Origin: Eledone cirrhosa
Lineage: Eukaryota
DNA: 64,000 nucleotides
Assembly (NCBI GenBank): GCA_964016885.1
Contig: OZ024765.1
Coordinates: forward strand, 12,090,001 to 12,154,000
Direction of reading: 5' to 3'
Position 1 is the first letter of the stretch; each line of letters opens with the position of its first letter. A model generated the notes under the pieces. That model saw nothing but the letters and a program-made list of their open reading frames with translations. It did not search any database and was not told the DNA's origin. Shown here in pieces: positions 10,425-24,005 of the stretch. Made by a program: the position numbers and the translations under genes.

Positions 10425-10744
10425 ATATATATTGTTCTATTTGGGGAGGGTCATATTGTTATAATATTGCCAAAAATAATAATAAAACACATTCCCAGTG
10501 AGTGTGTTTTATTATTATAACAATATGACCCTCCCCAAATATAACAATATATATATAACAAATAGTTTATCGCTCTACATGGCTGAATACAATAAATGTA
10601 ATCTGAGTTGTTTTTAATATTAATAATATTCAAAAAACTCAAATTACACACACACACATATATATATATTTGTATATATATATTTGTGAATGCACGCGTA
10701 TGTGTGTAAATATCATCATCATCATCGTTTAACATCCATTTTCC

Positions 10745-11070
10745 AAGAAGAAGAAGAAGAAGAAGGTAAAGAAGAAGAAGGCGAAGAAGAAGAAGAAGAA
10801 GAAGAAGAAGAAGAAGAAAAGGAAGGAAAAGAAGGAAAAAGGAAAAGAAGGAAAAAGGAAAAGAGAAGGAAAAAGGAAAAGAGAAGGAAAAGAAGAAGAA
10901 GAAGAAGAAGAAGAAGAAGAAGAAGAAGAAGAAGAAGAAGAAGAAGAAGAAGAAGAAGAAGAAGAAAAAAGAAAAAAAGAAAAAAAGAAAAAAAGGAAGG
11001 AGAAAAAGGAAAAGAAGAAGAAGGAAAAGGAGAAGAAGAAAAAGAAAAAGAAAACGAAAAAGAAAAAGAA
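10745..11070. repeat. (GAA)n / GA-rich polypurine tract
   Basis: Nearly pure purine strand with long GAA runs. Confidence 0.95.
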
Positions 11071-11249
11071 TGCTAGTGTCAAATGAGAGGAGGGAGGGGA
11101 GGAGTGGGGAAGGCATAGTTTATTTGAATAGGTGAAGGGAGGATGGGAGTAATTTTAAATAAAACTTTGGTTTATATGTATGACTAGTTTTGGTAAAGTA
11201 AAGAGGTAAACAAATGAGTAAATAACCTCATAATTAACCAGAGATGGAA

Positions 11250-12107
11250 TAGTTCTTCACACAACAATCACCATCCATACATCACATGTCCATACCAGCA
11301 GAGTCTCCTCTCCTACACACTACATCTGATTCCCCTTATACCTAGTTCTTCACACAACAATCACCATCCATACATCACATGTCCATACCAGCACAGTCTC
11401 CTCTCCTACACACTACATCTGATTCCCTTTATACCTAGTTCTTCACCCAACAATCCTCATCCATACATCACATGTCCATACCAGCAGAGTCTCCTCTCCT
11501 ACACACTACATCTGATTCCCTTTATACCTAGTTCTTCACCCAACAATCCTCATCCATACACACCACATGTCCATACCAGCAGAGTCTCCTCTCCTACACA
11601 CTACATCTGATTCCCCTTATACCTAGTTCTTCACCCAACAATCCTCATCCATACACACCACATGTCCATACATCACATGTCCATACCAGCAGAGTCTCCT
11701 CTCCTACACACTACATCTGATTCCCTTTATACCTAGTTCTTCACCCAACAATCCTCATCCATACACACCACATGTCCATACCAGCAGAGTCTCCTCTCCT
11801 ACACACTACATCTGATTCCCTTTATACCTAGTTCTTCACCCAACAATCCTCATCCATACATCACATGTCCATACCAGCAGAGTCTCCTCTCCTACACACT
11901 ACATCTGATTCCCTTTATACCTAGTTCTTCACCCAACAATCCTCATCCATACACACCACATGTCCATACCAGCAGAGTCTCCTCTCCTACACACTACATC
12001 TGATTCCCCTTATACCTAGTTCTTCACCCAACAATCCTCATCCATACACACCACATGTCCATACCAGCAGAGTCTCCTCTCCTACACACTACATCTGATT
12101 CCTCTTG
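11250..12107 (-). repeat. ~93-95 bp minisatellite (~9 copies) derived from RTE LINE coding sequence
   Basis: The unit's reverse complement translates as GIKGIRCSV*ERRLCWYGHV..MDEDCWVK, matching the RTE C-terminal fragments at 52925-53125 and 53660-53995. Confidence 0.85.
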
Positions 12108-12114
12108 TACCACA

Positions 12115-12330
12115 AACCTGCCAGTGGAGACTTCTGGTGTCCTTGACGCTAGGGCTACCTCCCTAATCACCACGATAGGCGCTGAGCTGGGTAGCTGCAG
12201 GTGTGAGCCTCGCGAGATGGAATGGCTCTTCCAGCACATCTCCCATACCATCCTCCAGGGAAACGCCTTCTCCATTCTGTCTGCGAGGGCCATAGGGCAG
12301 CCAGCGCGTGGGACCCCATTTGCTCACAAT
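12115..12330 (+). mobile_element. CRE-like non-LTR retrotransposon, C-terminal fragment
   Basis: VETSGVLDARATSLI...EWLFQHISHTILQGNAFSIL; overlaps the end of the 61155-61672 fragment. Confidence 0.75.
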
Positions 12331-12779
12331 AGAGAGAGAGATGTGGAGGGTGAGAGAGATGGAGGTGATGACAGTGTTTGGACACATTTATCAATTCTAT
12401 GTTATAGAATATTATTATTATTGACTTTGCCTTTCATCCTTACGGGGGTCGATAAAATAAAGTACCAGTAATGCACTGGGTAATTGCTGGCCTTGTGCCT
12501 AAAGTAGAAACAATTATTATTATGGACATTTGTGTTGAGGTGCACAAGTTTACTGTAAATTCGATTATAACTCTTTCCCATTTATATAGGAGATATGATA
12601 CAGATATCCATTAGACATTGGTCAGTTTGTAACTACAGAAGAAGAGATTGATGAAAGTTTTCAAGAAGTGACTCTGATTGAAACCATATTGTTGTGATGA
12701 TAAATTAACCAGAACTGACCTGATGATTTCATAAGAATGAAACAGTTCTAGTCCTGTAAAAGTAATTTCTATATATAAT

Positions 12780-12968
12780 AATTGTTTCTACTTTTGGCAC
12801 AAGGCCAGCAATTGCCCAGAACATTACTGGTACTTTATTTTATCGACCCCATAAGAATGAAAGGCATAGTTAACCTCGGCTGGATTTGAACTCAGAATGG
12901 AAAGGGCCGTAACTCTATGCGTCAAAGCATGGCGTCCGACCCTCTACCGATACTGCCAATCCACCAAT
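12780..12968 (-). mobile_element. tRNA-derived SINE (family A)
   Basis: Reverse complement of GAGTTCAAATCC B-box + gcctttcat..ggggtcgataaaataaagtacc core + aaagtagaaacaattatt tail. Confidence 0.85.
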
Positions 12969-12975
12969 AATAATG

Positions 12976-13041
<66 letters not shown>

Positions 13042-13263
13042 GTATGGAACAATGCTTGAGCTGTAGAAGTAATTCCTATATATAATAATTGTAACCCAGT
13101 GTATTACTGGTGATTTATTTTATCGACTACATAAAGATGAAAGGTAAAGTTAACCTTGGCGGAATTTAAACACAGAACGTAAAGGGCCATAACCCTATGC
13201 TGCAAAATCATGGCGTCTGACGCTCTGCCAATCCATTGCCCATAAGAATGATGTGTATATATA

Positions 13264-13340
13264 CAGGCTGTCACCCAAAATGTATACACATTTCAATGGG
13301 AATCTAATAAATATGTGCATACATTTTTGGGGTCACCCAG
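13264..13340. mobile_element. Tc1/mariner-type MITE
   Basis: Imperfect inverted termini cagg.tgtcacccaaaatgtatacac / gtgcatacatttttggggtcacccag flanked by TA; related to 22483-22583. Confidence 0.6.
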
Positions 13341-13710
13341 TATATATATAGGTATATATGTGTAGATCCCGGGTTAAATCTGGGATAACCACAGTAAGTA
13401 AGGTACTCAATACATAGCAGAGTAAAAGTAATTTAATATAGAAATGGCTTCTACAGGACTAGAACTGTGTCATTCGGAGGAAATCATCAGAAATATGGTC
13501 GTTGGACTTTCGTCAAATCGGACCGAAGAAACAATGTTTCCGTCGGTCTTTCCAATTGCTAATACTATCTATCGGTCGCAACTCCAGTTAGAAGGAGCAA
13601 CGTGAAATAAAGTGTCTTGCTCAAGGACATAACGCATCACCCGGTCCGGGAATCGAACTCTCAACCTCACGATTGTGAATCCAATTCTCAAACTACTCAG
13701 CCACGCGCCT

Positions 13711-13880
<170 letters not shown>

Positions 13881-14649
13881 CGTATGCGTTTACATCTACA
13901 CATACATACGTACGTACATATGTGTGTGTGTGTGTGTGCGCATGTTATATATCCTTATTTTTTTGAGCGTTTACTGGTTTCAGTCATTACCAGCATTAAG
14001 AGCAACAACAACACCATCAACAACAACAACAAACGTACTGAGATATCGCCTTTAATTTATCAAATCAAAACACGTGTTTTAACAAAACACACACATACAC
14101 ACAGACTCACAAACACACAAAATCAGTTGGCTTAAACTCGTGATCTATGTGGATGGTCATGGCTGGAACGCCTTTGTTACTATATTTGCTCGATCAGAAC
14201 TGACCCAAGGTGGGAATAACAACTGTCATTTCACTGACTCTTGCGTTGTAAGGAGACAGAAAGTGTACAGCCTAAATATCAAGGGAGGTAACTACTCGCT
14301 GTCTTAATTAGACTCTAGCAGACGATAAGTTATATTTGCGTATAAGTAACCGAATTTGTGTAAATATGTATATATATTTATACATTTTTAGTATATAAGC
14401 ATATAAACATGCCAAATATACTTATATTTGGCATGTTTATATGCTTAACATTTTTATATATATATGTTTATATATTACTAAATCTCGCCAAATTCTTTAT
14501 TTCGAAAATTAGTTGAACAACACAGCCAGTGGCTTTAATGTAAAATAGAGCAATGAAAAGGTTAATGTGTTTATATTTACCTAAAAATCTTCCATCACAA
14601 TTTTATGCAAGAATCTTTGTTAAGTTATGTTCCAAACTCTAAATAAATA

Positions 14650-14980
14650 ATTGTTTCTACTTTTGGCACAAGGCCAGCTATTATTCCAGTACATTACTGG
14701 TACTTTATTTTATCGACCCCGTAAGGATGAAAGGCAAAGTTAACCTCGGCGGGATTTGAACTCAGAATGGCAACGGCCGTAACTCTATGCGTCAAAGCAT
14801 GGCGTCCGACCCTCTACCGATACTGCCAATAAATAAATAATGACTCTAAATAAATAATTGTTTCTACTTTAGGCACAAGGCCAGCAATTATCCAGTACAT
14901 TACTGGTACTTTAATTTATCGACCCCGTAAGGATGAAAGGTAAAGTTATCCTCGGCGGGATTTGAAATCAGACTGTAAAG
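14650..14980 (-). mobile_element. Two tandem family A SINE copies
   Basis: Reverse-complement SINE A at ~14650-14832 and a partial copy at ~14857-14980. Confidence 0.85.
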
Positions 14981-15445
14981 GATGATGAAGTTAGTTGCAT
15001 TACTAAATCTCTTCAAATTCTTTGATTATTTCCAAAATCATTTGGAAATATAGGCAAAGTCTTTTACGAAAAATATGGTAACGAAGAGGTAAAAAAATGT
15101 TAAGAAAAAACGAAGTGTGGAAGTGCCACAAAGCTACAAATATTTTGGAGACGGGTTTAATATTTTGACGGTGAAATCTATGGTTTTCCTATAGTTTCCT
15201 TTTTATGTATTTTTAAAGAATATGTTTTCAAAACTTTCGTAAATTGCTCGTCTTCTGTGGTCCCCCCCAACAACAACTCTATAATACCTGTCTTGTACAC
15301 GGGAGTAATAATAAATATTTACCCTAAAGTGTGGTTTATTTTCCATATTTATTTTCTTACAATGAGAGATCTCTACAAAGTAATTAATAATAAATTAATT
15401 AATAAATAATTACTAATAAATTAGTAATTAATAAACGAAGGAGTT

Positions 15446-15625
15446 GTGGTAAGGAACCAGATGGACCATAACGCACCAGAGTACTCAATACTTAGGGTAG
15501 TAGAGTGGGTAATAGGAAAATGTATGGCCCCGACGGCAGAGCTCAAGCCGTTTCGACGGCTATTTCAGTCCAGAAATCGCCTTCGAAACGGCTTGAGCTC
15601 TGCGGGGTCATACATTTTCCTATAT
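15446..15625. mobile_element. Hairpin-ended dispersed element (probable Penelope pLTR remnant)
   Basis: Inverted arms ataggaaaatgtatg..agagctcaagccgtttcga / tcgaaacggcttgagctct..catacattttcctat; homologues at ~25845-26000, ~38095-38335, ~63660-63825. Confidence 0.55.
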
Positions 15626-16289
15626 ATATATAACATTACAAACTGCTCTTCATTCTTTCAGAATAACATTGCAAATATAATGCTGTTGACAAACACAAAT
15701 GTAAACGTATATAACGTGTCTGATATATATGAGTATAAACGATATCTGCTTATATAGGGTGTCCCCAAAAAGTCTATACATATATTTATTAAAATGGTGT
15801 TGAGGAGTGTATATATTTTTTAGAGACACGCAGTATATACATTCGTCGTTCTTGGATAAACAATTATTATGAAAGTAAGTGCTGACATACCATAATAAGC
15901 ACGTGTAGAAGCCATGCCGGTAGAAACACAACACCTCCATTTTGGCACATTTAAAATCTACTATATATTTTGTAAGTCCAGTAGGTAAATCCTGAGTTAT
16001 TTTGAGCCAGTTCTTTTTTTTTCTGGCCTTTCTATTACCCGTTACATTATTAGTATGAGAAAAGGTGCGACTTATAGGCAATAATTTAATATTGCCAGAC
16101 ACCGGTAACTTTGGTTAACAGAATCTCACACCTGTCAACATCGAAAAAGGTGTAACTAATACTAATCAGGGGGGATAACTCGGTATATTTGTTTTGCCTA
16201 TTTTAACGTGTTGATAGTTCCTCTCCTCATTGCTTAGAACTGGAAATAAGAGATAAAATCAGAGTTTATTTATTATTAATTACTATTAA

Positions 16290-16510
16290 GGCCGGTAGAT
16301 TGACAGTATCGGTGGAGCATCGGACAATATGCTTTGTGGCCTAGCGTTACGCCCTTTTACGATCTGAGTTCAAGTCCCGCCGAGGTTAGCTTTGCCTTTC
16401 ATCTTTACGGGGTCGATAAAATAAAGTACCAGTAACAAACTGGGGTCGATTTAATCGACTTTCCCCTACTCCAAAATTGCTGGCCTTGTGCCTATATAAG
16501 AAACTATTAT
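16290..16510 (+). mobile_element. tRNA-derived SINE (family A)
   Basis: GAGTTCAAGTCCC B-box, gcctttcatc..ggggtcgataaaataaagtacc core, (ATT)n tail. Confidence 0.85.
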
Positions 16511-16714
16511 TATTAATTACCGCATTAGAGGGTCAAATTTTTGGTTGTCGAAATTAGGGTGCGTACTCGAGGACGAGCATCTTCGGCGCCGGGAAATACA
16601 GTATATTAATTAATTAACTTTGCCTTTCATCCTTACGGGGTCGATAAAATAAAGTACCAGTAATGTGCTGAGTAATTGCTGGCCTTGTGCCTAAAGTAGA
16701 AACAATTATTATTG

Positions 16715-17050
16715 GCTGGAAGGGTAGGTGATTTTCCTCTGCCTGGTGGCGGTAGAGACCCAGGTTGAAAGGGCTGAAGACAGGCGCTTTTCTCTGAGGC
16801 CAATCCCTCAACTTTTTTCAAGTTTCACTTTGAAAGGAAGGTGAGGGTGGTGAGAAAAGTGACATTTGCTAAAAGGTGGGTGAATGTGGCGAGAACGGCC
16901 TGTGTGAGTGGGCCTGCTCTGAGCATGCGCCTGTAGGCTGGTTGACTTGAGGAGGAGAGGACTGCCTTTCCCAGGGGATCCCTTGAAGTGTCCGGTAGTT
17001 CAGGATTGGTGGGGTACCCGATTCGACCCTGGGTGGCCAATAAAGAAATT
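16715..17050 (+). mobile_element. LINE 3' fragment (L1/Tx1-like)
   Basis: Decayed C-terminus FFKFHFERKVRV..KRWVNVARTACV-stop ending in gtggccaataaagaaa; same family on minus at 40962-41733 and ~49070-49135. Confidence 0.55.
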
Positions 17051-17459
17051 ATTATTATTATCGGTAGAACATCGGACGCCATGCTTTGCAGCACAGAGTT
17101 CCTGCCCTTTAAGGTCTGAGTTCAAGTCCCGCCGAGGTTAACTTTGCCTTTAATCCTTACGGGGTCGATAAAATAAAGTACCAGTAATACACTGGGATAA
17201 TTGCTGGCCTTGTGTCCAAAGTAGAAACAATTATTATGGCCCTTTATGATTTGAACTCAGAACTTAAAAGGTCCTAACTCTATGCACTCCGCCTACAACT
17301 GGTGCTGCACCAGTCACATCTAGAGTGACACTCCTCCTACAACTGGTGCTGCACCAGTCAAATGAATTTCATTGTTTGGTTGGTTGATTGCTACATAAAC
17401 ATATCATATATATGACATCATATACATGTCCAATAGCTTGTTTAGAAGTGACACAACAC

Positions 17460-17870
17460 AAGGACCCAGTCCTCCTGTAAAGGGATTCTGACATAACAAA
17501 AAGCACCCAATCTATCCTGTAAAGTGGTTGTGTTGGTGACACAACAAAAAGGAGCCAGCCCGCATTGTAAAGTGATTGTGTTGGTGACATAACAAAAAGG
17601 ACCCAAACCACACTGTAAAGTGGTTGTGTTGGTTCTATGACAAAAAGCACCCAACCCACCCTGTAAAGTGATTGTATTGGTGAGATAACAAAAAGGACCG
17701 AGTCCACACTGTAAAGTGGTTGTGTTGGTGACATAACAAAAAGCACCCAGTCCATACTATAAAGTGGTTGTGTTGGTGACATAACAAAAAGCACCCAGCC
17801 CACACTGTAAAGTGGTTGTTTTGGCGACAACAAAAAGCACCCAGTCCACCTTGTAAAGTGGTTGTTTTGA
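17460..17870 (+). repeat. ~60-bp tandem repeat of the SINE internal module
   Basis: About 7 copies of aacaaaaagcacccag.ccacactgtaaagtggttgtgttggtgac. Confidence 0.85.
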
Positions 17871-18331
17871 TGACATGCTGGTGGCGGTGATGATGGTGAT
17901 GATGCTGATGATGATGATGGTAATGATGATGATGAAATTCTCCAGTAACCCATGTCACCAATTCAGATGATTATTTGTCCTCTCTATTGCAAGATTCAAC
18001 TTCCTAGGGTCAGACTTTCACTAAGTTCAGCCATGTTTTCCGAGGTCTACTTACATAAAACCCATCCACTGAGAATTCTCTTCACTGTTCACTTCACAGA
18101 CCCTTGTACCTTATTCTATGTACTATACATGCACCTTTGAACAGTTGTAGTGCACCTGAGCACTGTACACAATAATTGTCATTATCATTATTATATTCTT
18201 TATAAGGATGGTGGATGGTGGATCCTGCATTGTCCTGTATTGTCCTGTACTGTCCTTAATGTCTACTTTATGTAAACCCTTGTGGTTAATAAAGAAAGCA
18301 TTATTATTATTTAGAAACCATTATTATTATT

Positions 18332-18720
18332 GTGGTGAATTGGCAGTATCGGTAGAGGGTCGGACGCCATGCTTTGACGCATAGAGTTACGGCCCTTGCC
18401 ATTCTGAGTTCAAATCCCGCCGAGGTTGACTTTGCCTTTCATCCTTACGGGGTCGATAAAATAAAGTACCAGTAATGCACTGGGTAATTGCTGGCCTTGT
18501 GCCTAACATAGAAACAATTATTATTATTGTGGAATGGCAATATCGGTAGAGAGTCGGACACCATGCTTTGAAGCATAGAGTTACGTCCCTTTACGGTCTG
18601 AGTTCAAATCCCGCCGAGGTTAACTTTGCCATTCATCCTTACGCGGTCGATAAAATAAAGTACCAGTAATACACTGGGTTATTTGCTGGCCTTGTGCCAA
18701 AAGTAGAAACAATTATTTTA
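18332..18720 (+). mobile_element. Two tandem full family A SINEs
   Basis: tggcagtatcggtagag..GAGTTCAAATCCC..core..tail at ~18332 and ~18530. Confidence 0.9.
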
Positions 18721-19283
18721 TTTATGCCGAGGTTAACTTTGCTTTCATCTTTACAGGGTCGATAAAATAAAGTACCAGTAATACACTGGGGTAATTGCTG
18801 GCCTTGTGCCAAAAGTAGAAACAATTATTTTATTTATGCCGAGGTTAACTTTGCTTTCATCCTTACAGGGTTGATAAAATAAAGTACCAGTAATACACTG
18901 GGTATTTGCTGGCCTTGTGCCAAAAGTAGAAACAATTATTTTATTTATGCCGAGGTTAACTTTGCTTTCATCCTTACAGGGTCGATAAAATAAAGTACCA
19001 GTAATACACTAGGTAATTGCTGGCCTTGTGCCAAAAGTAGAAACAATTATTTTATTTATGCCGAGGTTAACTTTGCTTTCATCCTTACAGGGTTGATAAA
19101 ATAAAGTACCAGTAATACACTGGGTTATTGCTGGCCTTGTGCCAAAAGTAGAAACAATTATTTTATTTATGCCGAGGTTAACTTTGCTTTCATCTTTACG
19201 GGGGTCGATAAAATAAAGTACCAGTAATACACTAGGTAATTGCTGGCCTTGTGCCAAAAGTAGAAACAATTATTTTATTTATG
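18613..19283 (+). repeat. Tandem array (6x ~111 bp) of the 3' half of SINE A
   Basis: gccgaggttaac recurs at ~18613, 18726, 18838, 18949, 19061, 19171. Confidence 0.9.
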
Positions 19284-19392
19284 CAGCTGTCATTCAGCAT
19301 ATGCATCACATGTCTATACCAGGGCTGACGTTTCTCTAAACACACTTCTTTGGATTCCTCTTACGCAACATTTTTCTCTCAGCTCACACATG

Positions 19393-19429
<37 letters not shown>

Positions 19430-19620
19430 TGTGTGTGTATGAATGTATGTATGTGTGAGTATGTATATATGGATGAGTGTATGTATGTAGGTATGTATAT
19501 GTGTGTGTATGTGTGTATATATGTCTGTAGGTCTGTGTATATGTGTGTGTGTATGCAGGTGTACATATGTGCGTACATACACAGAGACGTGTGCATAACA
19601 TATATATATACATATATATG

Positions 19621-19677
<57 letters not shown>

Positions 19678-19714
19678 ATACATATATATATATATACATG
19701 CATATATATATATG

Positions 19715-19756
<42 letters not shown>

Positions 19757-19805
19757 CATATATATATATACATACATACGTACATATATATATATACATA
19801 CGTAC

Positions 19806-19836
<31 letters not shown>

Positions 19837-19893
19837 CATACATATGTATATATATATATATATATATACATACATACGTACATATATATATAT

Positions 19894-19937
<44 letters not shown>

Positions 19938-20047
19938 TACATATATATATATATATAGAGAGAGGGGGGGGGGGGAGAGGGGGAGATACATACACATACA
20001 CATATACATACATATGCACGTATATATATATATATATATATATATAT

Positions 20048-20419
20048 CATCATCATCATCATCATCATCAACGTTTAACGTCCGTGTTCCACGCTTGCAT
20101 GGGTTTGGACGGGGGTAGTCCCACTTGAGGCAAGAGTGATTGTCTTGCTCGCATAGGACTGTCTGGCAGGTTTTCTACAGTTGGATGCCCTTCCTAACAC
20201 CAACCACATTTACAGTGTGGGTCTGGGAGGTTTTTACCGTGTTGCCTACACGGCCACATTACAGCGTGGACTGTGTGTTTTTTTGTCGTGACACCTACAC
20301 GATCTCATTTGTTTCGGCCTGGATGGCGCGGCACCAACATAACTTTACATAGAACGGGGTGGTGTGGATGGGGTGGGGGTGGTGGCGGGACGGGGTGTAG
20401 TTTGTTAGAGATGCCTACT

Positions 20420-20420
<1 letters not shown>
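20048..20420 (-). mobile_element. SINE-like element with RTE-type tail (family C)
   Basis: Near-identical copies at ~35575-36075 and ~47575-47970; tail cccatgcaagcgtggaacacggacgttaaac(gat)n on minus. Confidence 0.75.
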
Positions 20421-20457
<37 letters not shown>

Positions 20458-20538
20458 TGTACATTTACATACATATATAAACACACACACACATATGTAC
20501 ATACATATAGTACATACCTACATACACACACAGATATG

Positions 20539-20690
<152 letters not shown>

Positions 20691-20731
20691 CATATATATA
20701 TATGTGTGTGTGTATATATATATATATATAT

Positions 20732-20764
<33 letters not shown>

Positions 20765-20912
20765 CACAAACACACATATATATATACACATATATATATA
20801 TATATATGTGTGTGGTGTGTGTATATATATATATATACATATATATACATATATATATATATATGCATGTGTATATATATATATATGTGTGTGTGTGTAT
20901 ATATATATATAT

Positions 20913-20971
<59 letters not shown>

Positions 20972-21326
20972 TATATATATGTATATATATATATGTGTGT
21001 ATATAAGTGTTGGAAGCTCACTAATTGACAGTAAGATGATCAGTGAAGCATGACAAATTACAGGGCTAGAGTGTCATAAAATGGTAGTATATGTAGCAGA
21101 ACTATTGCAGTCATTGAGGGAGGTCAACAGGTAGAACTATTGTTAACAGCTATAGTACTGGACATACTAATGAAGGAACTGGTAATATACCTGCCTCTCC
21201 CCCCCCCTCTCTCTGTCTCTCTCTCATATATATATGTATATATGTATGTATATATATATATTTATATATATATGTTTATATATGTGTATATATATATATG
21301 TATATATATATATATGTATATATATG

Positions 21327-21359
<33 letters not shown>

Positions 21360-21381
21360 GTATATATATATTATGTTTATA

Positions 21382-21433
<52 letters not shown>

Positions 21434-21852
21434 CATATATATATATATATCATCATCAGTGTTTTACGTCCGTTCTTCCACGCTAGCATGGGTTAGTACG
21501 GTTTGTCCTGTTGTGGGCAGTACCCGGTCTGCTGACCTTGTCTTGCTCATGTGTGTGTGTGTATATGTATATATATATACACATATATATACATATCATC
21601 ATCATTTTACGTCCGCTTCTCCCTGCTTGCAAGGGTGGGACGGGAACTGATTCTGGCTTGATTTCTACAGCTGAATGCCCTTCCTAACACCAACCTCATT
21701 TACAGTGAGTGCTGGGTGCTTTTTTGCCGTGGTGCCTACACGTCCACTTTACAGTGTGGGCCGGGTGCTTTTTTGCCGTGGCACCTGCACAACCACCTTG
21801 TAGTGGGAGGGGTGGGGGCATATTGTCTATATGCTTCAGCTTCGCCTTTTTC

Positions 21853-21917
<65 letters not shown>

Positions 21918-21922
<5 letters not shown>

Positions 21923-22425
21923 TAAAATAACAGATTAAAGTTTAAGCAAAGAATCGCTGCTTTCATGCACGCTATTGTTCTCCACGCTCCACATATGACT
22001 TATTATCTTCGTTCTTTCGTTCATTGCCAGAGAACGTCTCTATGAACCACCTTAGAGAACATTAGTCTACGACCTCTTTTATACCATAAACGTGGTTCTG
22101 TCCTTGCACGTAATTGTTTTTCACTGCTCCTATTAATGACGTATTATTCGTTTTTTCCCGTTCTTTGCCAGCGAACGTCACCATGAACCAAAGTATCGTC
22201 TTCCTGTCTTCCTCCGGTTGCAACGTTTTTTGAAATATCCAGTTCTGCGTTTACAGATTGACTTTGTTAGTTTCAGAAGATCCCGTTAAGGGTGAAAGCA
22301 GCGATTCTTTGCTTAAACTTTAATCTGTTATTTTAATAAATATTTGCTCCTCGGTTCTTATATATTTGATATATATTTTCCTTATCGAGCCCTCTTTGGA
22401 TTTTAGTCTTCAATTTTATTATTAT

Positions 22426-22430
<5 letters not shown>
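21918..22430. mobile_element. Dispersed element with inverted terminal duplication and hammerhead-like motif (probable Penelope pLTR derivative)
   Basis: attaaaataacagattaaagtttaagcaaagaatcgctgctttca at ~21920 is inverted at ~22293-22338; CAGAAGA-T-CCC-gttaa-GGG-T-GAAA motif; further copies near 28765, 37395, 37910, 43500, 48055, 52195. Confidence 0.6.
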
Positions 22431-22476
<46 letters not shown>

Positions 22477-22482
22477 CATATA

Positions 22483-22583
22483 CAGGGTGTTCCAAAAAAA
22501 TGTATACACACTCAACAGCATTCTAATAAATATTGCCTGTACAGGTAATCAAAGTGTGTATACATTTTTTTTAGGGACACCCT
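22483..22583. mobile_element. Tc1/mariner-type MITE
   Basis: Inverted termini agggtgttccaaaaaaatgtatacacac / gtgtgtatacatttttttagggacaccct. Confidence 0.7.
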
Positions 22584-23089
22584 AGAAACAATGCATACTG
22601 ATATTTGGGCTAAATGATACCTGATGCAATGGCCATTTAACTGCCAACGCATCTGAAATTCAGTCCGGAACTACCTGTTGAAACTGCAACAGCTCTGTTG
22701 GACAACCCGTCTGACCCATGCTAGCGTGGAAGAACAGACGTAAAACGGTGATGATGATACTAGACATCAACCCAGGGTTGCTCAGAAGTGGAAAATGATA
22801 TTTACCAAATCCATATTTTTCAACTTCCTCTTTCTCCAAACAACCCAAACCCAAACCCTAATCTCAACATGCTGCAGGGTTATGGAGCCTATGAATCCAT
22901 AGATTGAACAGAAATACCATATCAAATATATATCATTTACCACTTAATATCCTGTACCACATGAAACCACATTAGTTAGATAATCTTGAAAAGTACTAAA
23001 CACCACTAAGACTGTCTCACATTAAAAATTATAGTCTTTACTTTCATACTGCAAATTTTTACAACAATTTGTTCACTAGTAACGACATG

Positions 23090-23500
23090 ATTGGCTAAAT
23101 CACTTGAAGACAATGCCCCAGTATGACTGCAGTTTGATGACTGAAGCCAATAAAAGAGTACTAGGATTGGTGTTTGACTAAAACACTTGAAGACAATGCC
23201 CCAGTATGGCCGCAGTCTGGTGACTGAAACCAATAAAAGAGTACTAGGTTTCACATGTTTGACTAAAACATTTGAAGATAGTGCCCCAGTATGGCCACAG
23301 TCTGATAACTGAAACCAATAAAAGAGTACTCAATTTGATATGTTTGACTAAAACTCTTGAAGATAATGCTCCAGCATGGCCAAGGTTTGAAGAATGAAGC
23401 CAATAAAAGAGTACTAGGTTTGGTGTTTGACTAAAACACTTGAAGACAATGCTCCAGTATGGCTGCAGTCTGATAACTGAAGCCAATAAACGAGTATTTG
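23090..23500 (+). repeat. ~84-bp tandem repeat (5 copies)
   Basis: tgactaaaacacttgaagacaatgccccagtatggccgcagtctg..actgaaaccaataaaagagtact repeated. Confidence 0.85.
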
Positions 23501-23777
23501 GTGTCAATATAAAACCAGTAAAATAGTAAAAGAATATAATAGATAAATAGATATAAATAATGGTACAATGCCACAAGGTTAATAATGATAGAAAAGTGAG
23601 GTTAATATCTTTTTATAATGTCATTCATATTAGTGGAAATATTTTCACCTGCTCTGCTATCTCCATAATCCCTTCCATTCCGATATTTCTAATTAAATAC
23701 CTACCTATGGTTTTCAAACATCTCTTGAAAAATAACAAAGAATTCTGAGGAATTTAGGAATATAACTATCTTTATTA

Positions 23778-24005
23778 TTAACCCTTTAGCATTCACATTA
23801 CTCTATATATACTATTGTATTTTCATGCTAAAGGCTTTACCTCGCATAATTATCTCACATAATATCGAATCTATGAGATTTTGAAAGTATTTATTTTGAG
23901 AACAATACCTTAACATCAGTTTGAGTGACCAGTTACAGCCAGTTTCAACAGAAAGAAGTAGAGAATTCTGGTCAGTTTTGGTCAGTTTGAATATTAAAGG
24001 GTTAA
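23778..24005 (+). mobile_element. TTAA-flanked MITE (piggyBac-like termini)
   Basis: TTAA-CCCTTTAGCATTC...GAATATTAAAGGG-TTAA; copies at 31490-31724 (-), ~59365-59529 (partial), 61129-61858. Confidence 0.8.

Noticed and set aside
10690-11116. Glu/Arg/Lys-rich or Phe-rich protein
   Set aside because: (GAA)n polypurine tract
12712-12755. Active hammerhead (also the minus copy at ~13455-13495 and weak motifs near 48930, 60530, 62660-62755)
   Set aside because: Core partly present but stem III or stem I does not pair, or GAAA is mutated; treated as decayed remnants
22806-22872. Additional minus-strand exon of the Syt7-like gene
   Set aside because: Weak polypyrimidine tract and donor; stop codon in the required phase; no recognisable similarity
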